Virus record (IMG/VR): IMGVR_UViG_3300025000_000053
Coordinates: 62,001-126,000 of that record
DNA: 64,000 nucleotides
Strand: one strand, 5' to 3'
In this document: piece by piece, positions 1 through 9,363 of the stretch
Layout: every line of letters starts with the position of its first letter
Position numbering within the stretch: position 1 is the stretch's first letter
Program-made: the position numbers and the translations under genes
Notes under the pieces: model-generated
Seen by the model: only the letters and a program-made list of their open reading frames with translations
What the model was told of the DNA's origin: nothing
The model's database searches: none

Positions 1-44
1 TCTAATAAATTCTCAGCAGCTTTAATTATATTTTCATTTACCAT
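1..44 (-). CDS. Partial hypothetical protein (runs off window start)
   Basis: ATG at 44 preceded by a GGGGG SD-like sequence; open frame MVNENIIKAAENLL to the window edge. Confidence 0.45.
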   Translation of the reverse strand, partial: MVNENIIKAAENLL

Positions 45-53
45 GGTGACCCC

Positions 54-365
54 CTAATTTAAATTTAGTCTATTATTTTGATATATATTACCAACAATTT
101 CACAAATTGAATTAACATCTTTTAATTGATAGCCTGCATAAAAGATACCATCTTTAAAAGTCACTGGTTTAATAGTTTCTTCTTTTTCTGAAAAGAAATT
201 TTTATATTTCACTAAAAATCCACTATAAATTTTTTTACCATTTTTATCCCGTAATCCAGTATATAAAAGTTTCTTATGACTATCTGGGTTTAAAGTTAAA
301 CCTCTTCTTATATCAATAATTCTACCATCACAAGTTATTACACATTTATCTTTTTTCATATTCAT
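54..365 (-). CDS. yopX: YopX-family phage protein
   Basis: YTGLRDKNGKKIY and C-terminal EIVGNIYQN motifs typical of YopX. Confidence 0.75.
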   Translation of the reverse strand: MNMKKDKCVITCDGRIIDIRRGLTLNPDSHKKLLYTGLRDKNGKKIYSGFLVKYKNFFSEKEETIKPVTFKDGIFYAGYQLKDVNSICEIVGNIYQNNRLNLN

Positions 366-417
366 TTTTATTTATATACCAAATAAGGAATTCAATATTC
401 AAAATAAAGAACCTCCT

Positions 418-711
418 TTATTCAACCGGAATTAAAATTACTGCTGGTATACCTCTAGGTTTATCGGGACATAAATCTTTCTCAGAAAACCCCTGTGCAA
501 TTAACTTATCCGACAATTTTCTGATATATATCCCACCAGAAGTTTTAGTAGTTTTATCAGGTAAATAAATACATTTTTTTATTTTTTCCAGTGGTTTTAT
601 ATTCTCGGTACTTCTAGGATTGTTTCCTATGACAAGTATATCATTGTCATTGTAAGGTTTTAGTAATTTAATTAAATCTTTTTTTCTTATATACATATTT
701 TTTACCCCCAT
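418..711 (-). CDS. Hypothetical protein
   Basis: 97-aa ORF in a tightly packed minus-strand run. Confidence 0.6.
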   Translation of the reverse strand: MGVKNMYIRKKDLIKLLKPYNDNDILVIGNNPRSTENIKPLEKIKKCIYLPDKTTKTSGGIYIRKLSDKLIAQGFSEKDLCPDKPRGIPAVILIPVE

Positions 712-715
712 AAAT

Positions 716-1150
716 TTATTTTATTGAACTATTATATATACTAAAAACCTCTTTTACAATTTTATCAACTGTAGGAGAATTAATTCTATTACAACTAAAT
801 TCAATTTCATATTCATCAGTAACTGGAATTTCTTTTAATTCTTTTTTATTACTGAAAATACTTAAAAATATGTTATGGTCTGTTCGTGTATTTTCTAAAA
901 TCATTGTATATCTTTTTGCATGATAAATATGTTTCTCTAAAAATCTACAAAAATATATTTTACTGGAAAAATAATCCCCTGTAGTAAAGTCTTTCATATT
1001 CTTTGCATATATAACTCTATTCTTTTCTAAATCTAAATACCAAAAATACTCAGTATTATCATTTAGAGGATAAATTCTCCAATCTTCTTTATAACCAAAA
1101 TATTTATATATTAATTCCTGTAACTTAAAATATTTATCAAGTAATTTCAT
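716..1150 (-). CDS. Hypothetical phage protein
   Basis: 144-aa ORF with GAGGAGG SD upstream. Confidence 0.7.
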   Translation of the reverse strand: MKLLDKYFKLQELIYKYFGYKEDWRIYPLNDNTEYFWYLDLEKNRVIYAKNMKDFTTGDYFSSKIYFCRFLEKHIYHAKRYTMILENTRTDHNIFLSIFSNKKELKEIPVTDEYEIEFSCNRINSPTVDKIVKEVFSIYNSSIK

Positions 1151-1168
1151 TTTTCCTCCTCATTTAAC

Positions 1169-1321
1169 TTATATTTTAATATCAATAACTAAACCACCAT
1201 TACTATTTTCAGATGGTTTTTTATCCTTTTTTTTCTTTTTCTTTTCTACTTTCTTTTGAAACTTTTCTAACATATCAAATACATCATCAATACAGAAATT
1301 ATCAACGTCTATTTTAGCCAT
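1169..1321 (-). CDS. Small Lys-rich hypothetical protein
   Basis: ORF track gives 1169..1369; SD AAGGAG favours the ATG at 1321 (MAKID...). Confidence 0.5.
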   Translation of the reverse strand: MAKIDVDNFCIDDVFDMLEKFQKKVEKKKKKKDKKPSENSNGGLVIDIKI

Positions 1322-1353
1322 ATAAAACATCTCCTTTTTTATTTTATTTAAAT

Positions 1354-1403
1354 AATAATATATATTCATATATGATTTTGTTGTTGAAATAATAAAAAAT
1401 AAA
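1354..1403 (-). promoter_or_regulatory. Promoter cassette copy 1 (AACAACA plus TATATATTAT), direct repeat of 2132..2182
   Basis: 50-nt intergenic sequence repeated at 2132..2182 with 1 mismatch and 1 indel. Confidence 0.65.
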
Positions 1404-1427
1404 ATCCAATAATTATTGGATTTTATT
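1398..1427 (-). terminator. Intrinsic terminator hairpin
   Basis: AATAAAATCCAAT-aatt-ATTGGATTTTATT followed by a T-tract on the minus strand. Confidence 0.6.
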
Positions 1428-1441
1428 ATATAATAAAATAA

Positions 1442-2092
1442 TTAATATTTCTCTAATAACTTACTAAATTTATTAACTAATAATAAGGATAAATCTTCAT
1501 CCTTTAAGTTAATGTTATTAGCCTCTTTGCCAAATAAATAAATTAAACGTGTGATACCAAACTCAGAAACCAATGAAGTTATTTTTTCTTTACTTTTTAT
1601 TGATAAAGGAATTTTTATTTCTTTTTCAAATAAATTAAAAAATATCTCATCCTCTTTAGAAGGAGTATAGTACAGTCCATGAATTGCCCAGTTTCTAACT
1701 ATAGAAACAAAATAACCAAAAGTCTGTTTTTTCTCATCATCTTTTCTAGAAAATACATCTATGGCCGCTTCTAAATATTTAATAGGGTTAAGCTTACGTG
1801 AAGTAAGATAAAAATATAATTCTTTTATACCCTTAACTTCAATATCATGTTCATGAATATTTGGGGATATATTTTTCCTATAATAATTTATTAAATGGTC
1901 TATTTCAGTACCAACTTTATCAACTTTATTCTGAGTATTATTTTTTGTCTGCATTCTACTCCATGCTGACCTAACTGTAGTGATAAGTATATTCTTATCT
2001 TTTGAGAATTTCTTTAAACCATCCAATTTGTCATCTTCAACATATTTAATTAATTCATTTTTTAAATCATTCGTCCAATTAATACGTTTCAT
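1442..2092 (-). CDS. DnaD/DnaB_2-like domain protein with N-terminal helical DNA-binding-like region
   Basis: FGYFVSIVRNWAIHG resembles the DnaD-domain Y-I-x2-I-L-x-N-W-x3-G signature. Confidence 0.5.
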   Translation of the reverse strand: MKRINWTNDLKNELIKYVEDDKLDGLKKFSKDKNILITTVRSAWSRMQTKNNTQNKVDKVGTEIDHLINYYRKNISPNIHEHDIEVKGIKELYFYLTSRKLNPIKYLEAAIDVFSRKDDEKKQTFGYFVSIVRNWAIHGLYYTPSKEDEIFFNLFEKEIKIPLSIKSKEKITSLVSEFGITRLIYLFGKEANNINLKDEDLSLLLVNKFSKLLEKY

Positions 2093-2131
2093 TATCTACA
2101 TCTCCTATTGTATTTTTAAATGAATTATATA

Positions 2132-2182
2132 AATAATATATATTCATATATAATTTTGTTGTTGAAATAATAAAAAAATAAA
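2132..2182 (-). promoter_or_regulatory. Promoter cassette copy 2
   Basis: Near-identical to 1354..1403. Confidence 0.65.
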
Positions 2183-2208
2183 TCTAAGAAATTAATCTTA
2201 GATTTATT
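2177..2208 (-). terminator. Intrinsic terminator, identical to 2882..2913
   Basis: AATAAATCTAAG-aaattaat-CTTAGATTTATT, 12-bp stem. Confidence 0.65.
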
Positions 2209-2215
2209 AAATTAA

Positions 2216-2830
2216 TTATATTTTTTCATGAAATTCTAAAACGGGTCTCCAACCAATATCAATTGATGAATATGCTGGCGGACAATTAAAATAACCTAAG
2301 TTTTCACCATAACCATTAAATGAATATGTTGACCTTGGTTGAGAAAACATATTTGGTAACTTTTGACACCATGAATAAATATAAAGCCACTTTTTTAGTT
2401 CAGATTTATTAGAATTATTTTTTATAACTTCATCTATTTCAGGTATATTAAATTCATCAGGATCAAGTTTTTCACTACCATTCATCATTAGTCTAAGTTT
2501 AGAATGTGGTAATGCTGAGCTAATATTAATAATTTTTTCACCATATACTAATCCATGTTCATGAAGGGTATCTATTGATATATTGATTAAAATAACTCTA
2601 TCACATATTAAGATTTTTTTATAACCATTTTTAATAACATGCCATTTTAATTTATCCTGTTCATCAGACTCTAAGTTTCCAATTGTCCATTTAGACATAT
2701 CAGGTAATGTTAAAAAGTCTGATATATCACTCTCTTCCCCTTTTTCAATCCATGGTCTCTTTGGTAAAGGTTGAATAACACCATCTCTTAATAGTACACC
2801 TAAATTAGTAATTCCATGATATTCTAACAT
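2216..2830 (-). CDS. Putative C-type-lectin-fold (DUF6273-like) protein
   Basis: KILICDRVIL and C-terminal IGWRPVLE motifs seen in Firmicutes phage fibre/CLec-like domains. Confidence 0.5.
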   Translation of the reverse strand: MLEYHGITNLGVLLRDGVIQPLPKRPWIEKGEESDISDFLTLPDMSKWTIGNLESDEQDKLKWHVIKNGYKKILICDRVILINISIDTLHEHGLVYGEKIINISSALPHSKLRLMMNGSEKLDPDEFNIPEIDEVIKNNSNKSELKKWLYIYSWCQKLPNMFSQPRSTYSFNGYGENLGYFNCPPAYSSIDIGWRPVLEFHEKI

Positions 2831-2881
2831 TTTACACCCCCTAAATATTTTTTTATTATTTATGTTATTTAAATAATAAAA

Positions 2882-2913
2882 AATAAATCTAAGAAATTAA
2901 TCTTAGATTTATT
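2882..2913 (-). terminator. Intrinsic terminator, identical to 2177..2208
   Basis: Same 32-nt hairpin. Confidence 0.65.
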
Positions 2914-2922
2914 AAATATAAA

Positions 2923-3402
2923 TTAAGTAATTTTATTATTAGCCGCTAATAAATACATTATTACATTTGCAGTAATTTCAGGGTCTTCAATATTAAACCC
3001 AGTTATTAATTCTATAGTTTCCATATAGTTTTTAAAATAAAAGTATTCTAAAAACTTAATTGCTTTTTTAGTAAATTCTTCTTCATTTAATTTACTAACA
3101 TTTTTCCAATTACGAATAATAACTTCAACAGTACGTTCAGGTTGATAATTTTCTGTTCCGAACCCACCATACCAACCTGAAGTTAAATAAGCAACTAAAC
3201 CGGCAAATGAACTAGTTTTAATATTTTTAATTCCAGGATACTTTACAATTGAATAATAAAGAGCATTATTTAAAACAGAATTTCCATGTTCTTTATCTTC
3301 ATTAATATTAGTACATTCTTTAGAATTTAATAAATTCAATACTTTATTTTCTTCAGTGGGATTATCAAAATATTTTAAAATAATATCTTCATTTAATAAC
3401 AT
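2923..3402 (-). CDS. Hypothetical protein
   Basis: 159-aa ORF with AAGGGG SD. Confidence 0.65.
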   Translation of the reverse strand: MLLNEDIILKYFDNPTEENKVLNLLNSKECTNINEDKEHGNSVLNNALYYSIVKYPGIKNIKTSSFAGLVAYLTSGWYGGFGTENYQPERTVEVIIRNWKNVSKLNEEEFTKKAIKFLEYFYFKNYMETIELITGFNIEDPEITANVIMYLLAANNKIT

Positions 3403-3422
3403 TATTAAAACAACCCCTTTTT

Positions 3423-3782
3423 TTAGTTTAAAGTACCTTTAATTTTTTCAATAAATATTTCAGCATCAACTAATAAGTCCTTTCTTAATTTAGCAAAAGA
3501 ATTATTACGACCTATATTATACATATTTAATAATTCAGCTATAATCACTTTTTCTGATCTGTTATCAATATTCAGATTTTTAACGGACTTTTCTAAATTA
3601 AGGAATAATTGGGAATATTCTGGATTATTTTTAAGTGTTACTTCAATATAATTTTTACTATTTAACTTCCCAATACAACCATCTAAATCATATTCATCAG
3701 GAATAAAGACATATAAGTATTCATCATTTTCATCAAATTCTTTATATAAAACCAATCCTTCCATCATTAACACTCCTTTCAT
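3423..3782 (-). CDS. Hypothetical protein
   Basis: 119-aa ORF directly downstream of the PurA-family gene; SD AAGGAG suggests a start a few codons in. Confidence 0.65.
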   Translation of the reverse strand: MKGVLMMEGLVLYKEFDENDEYLYVFIPDEYDLDGCIGKLNSKNYIEVTLKNNPEYSQLFLNLEKSVKNLNIDNRSEKVIIAELLNMYNIGRNNSFAKLRKDLLVDAEIFIEKIKGTLN

Positions 3783-3785
3783 ATA

Positions 3786-4799
3786 CTATAATTCAATTAA
3801 AGTTTTTTTACCTGTACCAATATAATTAATCTTACAATTTATTTGGATTTCAAATTTTTGTATATACCTTTTAATAATATCCGACACTACATCCGCCGAT
3901 TCATTACATGTATAATCAATATAATCTAAATGATTCATAACAACTATATTTGGTTTGTTTACCATTATTGCTCTCTTAACAAGATCTGCATCAAACTTAC
4001 CAACTCTTCTTTTTCTTAATGTAGCTGATGTATATTCAGTTAAATCAATGTCGGACCCATATATAGGTAGTCTTTCCCATGATATTTCATTTTCTAATGG
4101 ACCTGAATTACCTCCAACTCTTATTGGAAAAGCTCGAATAACCATAATAATATTTTCGACATCAAATGGACTCATTCCAGATTCCATTAAAAATCCTGCC
4201 GCAGTTGTATCTCTGCTAGTACAATATGGGTAATTTTTAGAATGAATTGGTGATAAGTCGAACCCCTGTGTACCCTCAATAATAACATGTTTACCTTCAT
4301 CTAAAAGGCCTCTTAAATATGTTTTTGTATCACAAATATATTTTTTTATACAAGCACAATCTTTAGCAAAAGTTATATTAGATGTTCTTTTCAACCTTTG
4401 GATAACGGCTTGTCCTGTCCCACTTTCAGTAGAACCAATACTAAGCTGTAATCTATCTTCTCTTTCACTTATTTTCATACATTCATCAATAATAACTGCA
4501 AATGGGTCTATTTTAAGATTATTGTTTTTAACCTGTGTTTTATTTATTTCTTGAAATAAAATACCCAAATCAATATACGAACCACTAGGCAGTATACTAA
4601 CAATATTTTCATCAATAGAAACAGTAGGTAAAATTCTTAATACAAACTCACCTTTATTTTCATCGACAACAATATGACCAGAGTTAGTCCCACCTACACG
4701 TACAACAGCAGAAGCTTTTAATTTCTGTGAGAAAAAATATGATACCTTTCCTTTACCCTCAGAACCATACTGCCCACCTACTATAATAGAGATTGGCAT
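3786..4799 (-). CDS. purA: Short adenylosuccinate-synthetase-family enzyme with PurZ/PurZ0-like signatures
   Basis: GGQYGSEGKGKV, GGTNSGH, EGTQG, YPYCTSRD, FPIRVGGNSG, RRVG, NHLD; Ser replaces the PurA catalytic Asp13. Confidence 0.9.
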   Translation of the reverse strand: MPISIIVGGQYGSEGKGKVSYFFSQKLKASAVVRVGGTNSGHIVVDENKGEFVLRILPTVSIDENIVSILPSGSYIDLGILFQEINKTQVKNNNLKIDPFAVIIDECMKISEREDRLQLSIGSTESGTGQAVIQRLKRTSNITFAKDCACIKKYICDTKTYLRGLLDEGKHVIIEGTQGFDLSPIHSKNYPYCTSRDTTAAGFLMESGMSPFDVENIIMVIRAFPIRVGGNSGPLENEISWERLPIYGSDIDLTEYTSATLRKRRVGKFDADLVKRAIMVNKPNIVVMNHLDYIDYTCNESADVVSDIIKRYIQKFEIQINCKINYIGTGKKTLIEL

Positions 4800-4877
4800 C
4801 TAGATACCTCCCTTTAATATATTAATACCTTTTAATACCATAAAAAATTTTATATGGTATTAAAATATAAAAACATA

Positions 4878-5597
4878 TTATTTATTTTTTTCTTCTTTAT
4901 CCCATGTAAAATAATCTTTATATAATAAATCTACTTCTTCTTCACTTAATACTTCCCATCTACTTCTTTGTAATTTAGAAACCATGTTTCTATAACACTT
5001 ATCATTTTCTTTACACATATCGTCAGCTGTATCAATATCATCAATAATTTTCCATAAATGATATAGTTTTTCCCGATTATTAAGTGCTAAACAAATATCT
5101 TTAGCTTGATCAGGACTTTTACATTCGATTATTAAGTTATCATGTTCATCATAAATGTTATTAACATAATTCTTACCAACAACATATTTACAAATTTTAT
5201 TATCTATAAACCTTCCTTTACCTTTAATCAAATCTTTAATACATGTATACCTATAATTTAATTCTTTTCTTATTTCATAACATCTATTATTAATTTTAGA
5301 AAATATATCTTCCCACTTCTTATCGTACTCATATTTACTATTTTCATAACTATTTATAACTAAGGCGAGTTCACGTATAAGAAGTTGTATTTGTTCATTA
5401 GCTGGTATAATGGTATAAATATTTATTAAAGGAATTTTAGATTCATCATTTTCTTCAGGAAAAGTTGTATGTGCATAACAATATTTAAAACTATTTAAGG
5501 GTTCATTAACAAATTGAACAACTACATTAATATCAGGATACAATTCTGTCATAACCTTATTTACAGTTTCAAACGGGTCATTAACAATTTTTATCAT
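4878..5597 (-). CDS. Hypothetical protein
   Basis: ORF track gives 4878..5645; SD AAGGAGG favours the ATG at 5597 (MIKIV...). Confidence 0.7.
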   Translation of the reverse strand: MIKIVNDPFETVNKVMTELYPDINVVVQFVNEPLNSFKYCYAHTTFPEENDESKIPLINIYTIIPANEQIQLLIRELALVINSYENSKYEYDKKWEDIFSKINNRCYEIRKELNYRYTCIKDLIKGKGRFIDNKICKYVVGKNYVNNIYDEHDNLIIECKSPDQAKDICLALNNREKLYHLWKIIDDIDTADDMCKENDKCYRNMVSKLQRSRWEVLSEEEVDLLYKDYFTWDKEEKNK

Positions 5598-6531
5598 TAC
5601 AATTTCCTCCTTTATTTTTGTTATATTCATGAAGATACTTAGCATTGTTTTTAGTAAGAGAAATTAATTGTCTAAAATTTTCTTTAGCTTTAAGATAATT
5701 TTCTCTTAATAATTGAAGTCTTTTCCATTTATCTTCATTCCATCCAAACTTTTTATTAAATTCTTTAAAAAATTCTAATTCACTACATTCATCATCAGTA
5801 TCTTTACAATCCCAACCACAAATAATCCCATAAATCCAGGCATCCTCTTTACATTCACTAAAATCTTTAGAACTAAATGATATTGTACGCTCTAAAGATT
5901 CAAAAGGGTTTTCATTAAGAGTTAAATCATCAATAGAACTAGCAAGAATATTAAGTTCCTCAGGATACATTTTAACATCTCTCCTTATTACAGATATTTT
6001 AATTTTTTCTTCTGTTATTATACCGTCTTCTAAAAGATTATGCAGTTTATCAAGATCGACATCTTCTTTCTGAACTTTAACTTGAATCCAATTTGGTTCA
6101 TGTTTTCTATAGTCAAGAAAGGTTTTAGGCTCTTTACCTAAAACTTTTTTAAACATTTCTACAACCCTTTCACCAGCTGCCTTACATTTAACAAATCCAG
6201 CAAGATCATAGCCAACCCCTCTTGATGAAAACCATTCTCCACCATTTTCAGGAGGGTTATCAGGTCTTACATAAGGGTGTGAGGGTATACCTTTTCTTGG
6301 ATGTTCTTGTAAATTTGGATATATTGGTGGAGAACCGAAACCTATACAAGATTCTTTCACTCCGTCTGATAAAACTACAAAGAATCCATCACATTCACCA
6401 CATTTTACAGGATGTGAACCACCACCTGAAATAACAGTACCATAACAATACTCACATCCACAATGTACACAACCATATTGTTTAAAATTAGATGCACTTA
6501 CAGCAATAATTTCATTACTCATTATATCCAT
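5581..6531 (-). CDS. Hypothetical protein with N-terminal Cys-rich Zn-binding motifs; possible two-gene fusion
   Basis: CVHCGC...CGEC; internal SD AAGGAG plus in-frame ATG (MYPEEL). Confidence 0.7.
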   Translation of the reverse strand: MDIMSNEIIAVSASNFKQYGCVHCGCEYCYGTVISGGGSHPVKCGECDGFFVVLSDGVKESCIGFGSPPIYPNLQEHPRKGIPSHPYVRPDNPPENGGEWFSSRGVGYDLAGFVKCKAAGERVVEMFKKVLGKEPKTFLDYRKHEPNWIQVKVQKEDVDLDKLHNLLEDGIITEEKIKISVIRRDVKMYPEELNILASSIDDLTLNENPFESLERTISFSSKDFSECKEDAWIYGIICGWDCKDTDDECSELEFFKEFNKKFGWNEDKWKRLQLLRENYLKAKENFRQLISLTKNNAKYLHEYNKNKGGNCNDKNC

Positions 6532-6542
6532 CTCCTTAAATT

Positions 6543-6890
6543 TTATACATAATTTTTTCTTTTTAATTGTTTCTGTTTAGCAACATTTATTCCATTAACA
6601 TCATCCATCAGTAGTACTAATCCTAATATTCTAATTAGATTTCCAAGGTTTTCCCCTTTCCATAAATATAATCTAACATCATGTATTTTATTACTGTTAT
6701 CAGTTAATTTCATTTCAAGCTCTATATTTTCCGTAAAAAAGTTAAATATCTTGTTTAACTCAGAAATCGAATCAGTAACTAATAGATCATACTCCAATAA
6801 ACTTTCTAATTCCCCATGACCATAAATACCAGATAAGTTATGATAATTATCATTACACAAAACATTCTTATGATTAACACTATATAACAT
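6543..6890 (-). CDS. Hypothetical protein
   Basis: 115-aa ORF with AGAGG SD. Confidence 0.6.
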   Translation of the reverse strand: MLYSVNHKNVLCNDNYHNLSGIYGHGELESLLEYDLLVTDSISELNKIFNFFTENIELEMKLTDNSNKIHDVRLYLWKGENLGNLIRILGLVLLMDDVNGINVAKQKQLKRKNYV

Positions 6891-6910
6891 TTTTATTACC
6901 TCTTTATAAA

Positions 6911-7498
6911 TTAATCAATAACTTTAAAATCATAAAACACAAGATATTTATCAATACAAGTTGTAAAATCAGTTTTAATAATTTTACCATATGACCATTC
7001 TAAACAAATGTGTTTATCCATTTCAATAAAACCTTTTACTTTACAAAAAATATGGCTTAGATACCTAATAAAATCATTAAAAAGATTTATTGGAGCATTA
7101 GGATGAGTATACTCAATCACTATTCCAGTACCAATAGATTTTTTTAATATTACATAAAAATCTGGATTAATAATAGGAAAAAAGTAAGGATGAGGATGGT
7201 CTCGTCCCTCAATAATAATTAACTTTTTAGATATATCTATAGTTCCATTAAAAATAGTTATAAAACAGGGGTAATAAATGATTTTAATATTTGGAATTTT
7301 AGAGAATTCCAAATATTTTAGTTTTGCTTCATGTGGAGTTAAAGCAATATCTAAACTAACAAATTTATTATTTTTGTCAACACAATTTATAGTATAAAAA
7401 GTATCGTCTAATATTGTTTCTTCTGTCATATATTTCATTGAAACTGGTCGTAGTCCTAATTCCTTAATTATACTAGTGTCTTGTTGAAAATTATACAT
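6911..7498 (-). CDS. Hypothetical protein
   Basis: 195-aa ORF with AAGGAGG SD. Confidence 0.65.
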   Translation of the reverse strand: MYNFQQDTSIIKELGLRPVSMKYMTEETILDDTFYTINCVDKNNKFVSLDIALTPHEAKLKYLEFSKIPNIKIIYYPCFITIFNGTIDISKKLIIIEGRDHPHPYFFPIINPDFYVILKKSIGTGIVIEYTHPNAPINLFNDFIRYLSHIFCKVKGFIEMDKHICLEWSYGKIIKTDFTTCIDKYLVFYDFKVID

Positions 7499-7502
7499 TT
7501 AT

Positions 7503-7871
7503 TTACACCTCCTTGTTAGTCTTTCCTGTAATCTGTTCAAATATAATAGAAGTGCCAGTTATTTTAATAACAAATAAACTAAAAATTCTATTACCAAATT
7601 GAATTCTAATTACATCTCTAACATCTATTTTATCTCTATTTCTAATAGAAGTAATAAAATTCGGATTAAATATTTCTTGTATATCACCATTATCTTTTTT
7701 AACAAATAAAAGTTTATCTTTAAAATCTAATTCTTTAACTTCTTCATAAAAATCTATTACTTTTACAGCTCCACCACCTATACCACTACTTTTACAGGCT
7801 TCAGAAATAGAAGTACCTCTAATCATTTCTACTTTACCATCTTTCCAATGTAATCTATAAATATTCATCAT
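7503..7871 (-). CDS. Hypothetical protein
   Basis: 122-aa ORF with AGGAG SD. Confidence 0.65.
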   Translation of the reverse strand: MMNIYRLHWKDGKVEMIRGTSISEACKSSGIGGGAVKVIDFYEEVKELDFKDKLLFVKKDNGDIQEIFNPNFITSIRNRDKIDVRDVIRIQFGNRIFSLFVIKITGTSIIFEQITGKTNKEV

Positions 7872-7898
7872 TTTTATTAAATCTCCTCTATAATTTAT

Positions 7899-8546
7899 TT
7901 AAAAATCTTTACTATCAATAATTATACTTTCTTTTAATGGGTTCATTTTATCAACTCCACTATCAAATATTTCTAACCTCCAATCTATACCTAAAACTTC
8001 ACACCATATCTTAAAATTAGATACAGACATTTTAGTATTATTATTTAATCCAGATTTTCTATTATTAAGAGCATAGTTATCTAAGAACTTACTCTTATAA
8101 TTCTTTAAATTTATTTTCTTTTCAGTAATAATCTTTTTAACAGCCACTTTTAAAAAGTCATCTGTTGGTTTAATAGTTGGTGTATATGTTTCAGTATTAT
8201 TATTAATAATCTCAACATCATCGGGATTAGCAAAATTATCTTTATTTTCTTTTACTTTATCAAATAACCAATCAATATTTAATTCAGTGATATTATCTAT
8301 ACTATATATCTTTCTTTCTTTCTTACTTGGTTCAACAAATTTATATGTTCCGTTTTCTATATAAATACCTGGTTCTAAATCACTTTTAAGTTTATTAATC
8401 TTACCGTGAAATATATAAACTAAATCACCCTTTATATAAGCAAAACCAACTGTTAATTTATCATTATTAAAAAATGGTTTAACTTCATGTATTTCATCAT
8501 CTTTTGTAAAGATACATCTTCCTAAAAATACTTTTACTTTAGGCAT
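7899..8546 (-). CDS. Hypothetical jumbo-phage protein
   Basis: 215-aa ORF downstream of the TATATATTAT motif at 8581. Confidence 0.75.
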   Translation of the reverse strand: MPKVKVFLGRCIFTKDDEIHEVKPFFNNDKLTVGFAYIKGDLVYIFHGKINKLKSDLEPGIYIENGTYKFVEPSKKERKIYSIDNITELNIDWLFDKVKENKDNFANPDDVEIINNNTETYTPTIKPTDDFLKVAVKKIITEKKINLKNYKSKFLDNYALNNRKSGLNNNTKMSVSNFKIWCEVLGIDWRLEIFDSGVDKMNPLKESIIIDSKDF

Positions 8547-8633
8547 ATATTACAACCCCTTATTGGTTTTTGTTATATAAATAATATATATTTATATATT
8601 AGGTTATTATAAAAAAATAAAAGGGTGTAAAAA

Positions 8634-8969
8634 CTACCCTTTTAATAATATTTTTTCATCAGAAGCATACCAACAACCATTTTTAAACTCCAACCAAACT
8701 TTATTTGTCATAATTTCTCGTATAACATTTATTGGAATACGAGTTCCTGACACATATTTAGCAAAAGCTAAACAAAGAGTGACATAACCAGGTTTTTTCT
8801 CTATATTAGCTTCTGTTATACTTTTTAACAAACCCAGATTAATTACCAATCTGGCTTTTCTACCCCGCATTACTTCATAATTATGACTAGATACGATAGT
8901 ACTAGAAACAGTATCAAAACTATCATCACTAAGATTTTTAACAATGTTGATTAAATTCATATTTTTCAC
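8634..8969 (-). CDS. Hypothetical protein
   Basis: 111-aa ORF; GGAAGG SD; promoter motif at 8998. Confidence 0.65.
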   Translation of the reverse strand: MKNMNLINIVKNLSDDSFDTVSSTIVSSHNYEVMRGRKARLVINLGLLKSITEANIEKKPGYVTLCLAFAKYVSGTRIPINVIREIMTNKVWLEFKNGCWYASDEKILLKG

Positions 8970-9026
8970 CTTCCATAAATTTATTTATTTCTAAATAATA
9001 ATATATACTTATAATTTATAAATATA

Positions 9027-9338
9027 CTAAAGTTTTATATAGTTATATTTATATGGAAGAGGATTAGAACTTTTTCTCTCGTTTTCTCTCAATATATTTA
9101 AAGCTTCATTAATTTCACTTACATTTAAAATATTTAAAATACGACGAGATAATTCCCAAAAATCACAATCGGTTAAAATAATTTTAGATTTAAGAAATTC
9201 GGAAAAATCATCGGAAATTCCGTAATAATCTATTTCATCTTTAAGAGTTGTTAAATCACAATTAGAACATTGATCTGAAAAAATACTACTGGGTGTATTA
9301 ATTTTATGATCACACCAACTACAAATAATATCACTCAC
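9027..9338 (-). CDS. Hypothetical protein with CxxC...CxxC Zn-ribbon-like motif
   Basis: CSWC...CSNC; AGGAG SD. Confidence 0.6.
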   Translation of the reverse strand: MSDIICSWCDHKINTPSSIFSDQCSNCDLTTLKDEIDYYGISDDFSEFLKSKIILTDCDFWELSRRILNILNVSEINEALNILRENERKSSNPLPYKYNYIKL

Positions 9339-9363
9339 TAATAATCAACTCCTTTTTTATATT

